A program made the translations under genes and the position numbers. The notes under the pieces were generated by a model, which saw nothing but the letters and a program-made list of their open reading frames with translations, searched no databases and was not told where the DNA came from. Positions 62,018 to 64,000 of a stretch of DNA of 64,000 nt are shown here, piece after piece (within the stretch, counting starts at the first letter, position 1; the number at the start of each line of letters is the position of its first letter). The DNA comes from an uncultured Gammaproteobacteria bacterium (GTDB lineage: Bacteria > Patescibacteriota > Microgenomatia > Levybacterales > UBA12049). The stretch is taken from contig CAZAZU010000001.1 in assembly GCA_964490105.1 (NCBI GenBank), positions 86,706 through 150,705 of the forward strand, written 5' to 3'.

Positions 62018-63061
62018 ATGAATAAAAAATCCTTCGGTTTAGATATCGGAATATCTACAATTAAAGCTGTAGAGCTAGGAGCAGATAAAAATGCTTTTAG
62101 GCTCAATGCGTGTATAGTTGTGCCAACTCCTGCCAAGGGAATGTTATCTGAATCTCCAGTTGACGAGGAGGAAATGGCTCAGGCAATTCATAGGGCTGTA
62201 AGTGATGCAGGGATTTCAACGAAAAATGTAAACGTAGCACTTCCTGAAAATCAAGTTTACACAAAAGTTGTAGAAATGCCATATTTGTCGGACAGGGAGC
62301 TGGCATCAGCAATTTATTGGGAAGCAGAGCAGTATATTCCTATTCCCCTAGCAAATGTTTCATTATCTTGGAATGTTATTAGAAGATCTGCAAAGCCTCA
62401 GCCAAATGAAAAAATGGAAGTTTTAATGGTGGGTGCTCCAAGTTTAATTGTAAAAAAATATCAAAAGATTATGTCCATGGCTGGTCTTTCTATAAGCACA
62501 ATGGAAACCGAAATAATTTCCTGTGTCAGAGCGCTAACTGCATTTATACCTCCAACTGCGGTTACACCGTCCATAATAGTAAACATAGGTGCAATTAGCA
62601 CATCTCTGGCAATTGTTATTGGTCATGATCTGGTATTTACCTACTCCCTGCCGATTGGAGGGTCAGCAATTAATAGAGCAATTTCTGCCGATTTTGGACT
62701 CTCAAGTGTCCAGGCGGAAGAATATAAGACAACTTATGGAATCGCAAAGGGGCCGTTAGGGCAGCGAATAGGTGCTGCCACAGAACCAATTATGTCATCA
62801 ATTCTTTCTGAGGTTAAAAAAGCCATAATTTATTACTCACAAAAATATAAGGATTCAAGAATAGAACAAATCATTCTTTCTGGAGAAAGTGCAAAACTTC
62901 CGGGAATCGACGCTTATTTTGCGAACAGCTCGGGAATTGAAGCGGTTGTCGCAAATCCGTGGAGATTTTTAGACCCTAATGCAGTTCCGAAAGAAATTCT
63001 GGATAAAGCCCCTGACTATTCAATTGCGGTAGGGCTCAGCTTGCGAGACTATGAGCATTGA
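62018..63061 (+). CDS. pilM: Type IV pilus assembly protein PilM
   Basis: GLDIG, EAEQYIP, NIGA, LSGE, AVGLSLR. Confidence 0.92.
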   Translation: MNKKSFGLDIGISTIKAVELGADKNAFRLNACIVVPTPAKGMLSESPVDEEEMAQAIHRAVSDAGISTKNVNVALPENQVYTKVVEMPYLSDRELASAIYWEAEQYIPIPLANVSLSWNVIRRSAKPQPNEKMEVLMVGAPSLIVKKYQKIMSMAGLSISTMETEIISCVRALTAFIPPTAVTPSIIVNIGAISTSLAIVIGHDLVFTYSLPIGGSAINRAISADFGLSSVQAEEYKTTYGIAKGPLGQRIGAATEPIMSSILSEVKKAIIYYSQKYKDSRIEQIILSGESAKLPGIDAYFANSSGIEAVVANPWRFLDPNAVPKEILDKAPDYSIAVGLSLRDYEH

Positions 63062-63569
63062 TATAAATCTAGTAAATAAGAAAACCTCGGAAAGCGTAAA
63101 AGATTTAAGGCTTAAGAAGGTAAAAACTATCTCATTTGCCGTATTAATTGCTGTGGCGGTATCTTCTGTCTTGCTGTTTTTAATAAATTTAAGATTTTCT
63201 GTGAACTATGTTAAGGGTCAGCAAAATAAAATTATCGAGGCATTGTCAGCATATGATGAAACTACGTCAAAGATATTTATACTTCATCAAAGAGTTGAGG
63301 ATTTGTCCACGATAATTTCAGAAAGAAAGAAATATCATGATAAAACTGAGCTCATATTTAAGAATTTTCCAACGGGAATTAGCATAGAAGAATATGAAAT
63401 TGATGAAAGCGGAGTCATCTTGGGTGTAAGTTCAAATTCCCTTCTAGAGCTAGATACATTTTTAAATTATTTACTCGATTTAACAAAAACTAAAAAAATA
63501 ACATCTATCAGGATGACGGAGCTTGCTTCATCTGACGATGGATATTCGATGAAACTAGTTTTAAATTAA
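63051..63569 (+). CDS. PilN-like protein
   Basis: DINLV motif, TM helix, position after pilM. Confidence 0.75.
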   Translation: MSIDINLVNKKTSESVKDLRLKKVKTISFAVLIAVAVSSVLLFLINLRFSVNYVKGQQNKIIEALSAYDETTSKIFILHQRVEDLSTIISERKKYHDKTELIFKNFPTGISIEEYEIDESGVILGVSSNSLLELDTFLNYLLDLTKTKKITSIRMTELASSDDGYSMKLVLN

Positions 63570-63570
63570 T

Positions 63571-64000
63571 ATGAATAAAAAATTTAGTCAAGAAAGGTTA
63601 ATGCTTTATTATTACGAAAATAAAGAATATTTAGTCCCTGTTTTAGCAATTTCTGTTTCTCTTTTATTATTTTTTGTATTCTTACTTCCTCAGATTCTAA
63701 CATTTCCTTCAAGAAAGCAGGCTATTGACTCGGAGAACGAGGTATTAAAAAAAATTCAAGAAACAGAGAGAATAGTTCTCTCAGAAGATTCAGAAGAGCT
63801 AGATTCCAAAATAAAAATAGCATCAAATGCGCTCCCCCCAGGTAAAAATTTCGAACAAATTTTAAATGGAATTTCTACAGCAGCTGCACTATCTGGAACA
63901 CAAATAGAGAACTATCAATTTCAAAATGTTGAACTCATGGATGATGTTGAGTCTAAGTATCCTAAGTTGGAATTTAAAGTTTCAATTATAGGAGATGCAC
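63571..64000 (+). CDS. PilO-like protein (truncated by window end)
   Basis: Open frame from ATG 63571 to the end; TM helix, ALP motif; position after pilN. Confidence 0.7.
   Translation, partial: MNKKFSQERLMLYYYENKEYLVPVLAISVSLLLFFVFLLPQILTFPSRKQAIDSENEVLKKIQETERIVLSEDSEELDSKIKIASNALPPGKNFEQILNGISTAAALSGTQIENYQFQNVELMDDVESKYPKLEFKVSIIGDA

Overview
AT-rich, very compact bacterial chromosome segment using the standard code. The gene content (shortened RF1, short HolB, degenerate Lgt, K+-independent H+-PPase, full type IV pilus locus, many orphans) suggests Patescibacteria/CPR, probably Microgenomates; this is inference. Housekeeping genes include ychF, rpsF-ssb-rpsR, ctpA- and htrA-like proteases, murB, prfA, rpmE, hisS, dnaB, tRNA-Leu(CAA), efp, yebC, folD, gyrB-hppA-gyrA and pilBTC/pilins/pilD/pilMNO. 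Accessory content includes an FMN-binding protein/ApbE/RnfD-FNR flavinylation module, a copper-radical oxidase and two blocks of self-promoted orphan genes. The most striking unannotated structure is the ~980 bp non-coding region 38007-38984, toward which core genes on both sides point. It contains a near-symmetric 11-6-11 bp dif-like site (38691-38718), eight copies of GAGGCTA and short GTGATATAGT repeats. A Xer recombinase gene lies 2.3 kb away, and its upstream region carries three further dif-arm-like half-sites. Also notable: a 114 bp palindromic MITE-like insertion at the hppA start codon, pervasive leaderless sigma70 promoters, a 26 bp element shared by the xer upstream region and an orphan gene flanked by 11 bp direct repeats, and four small ORFs missed by the ORF track.
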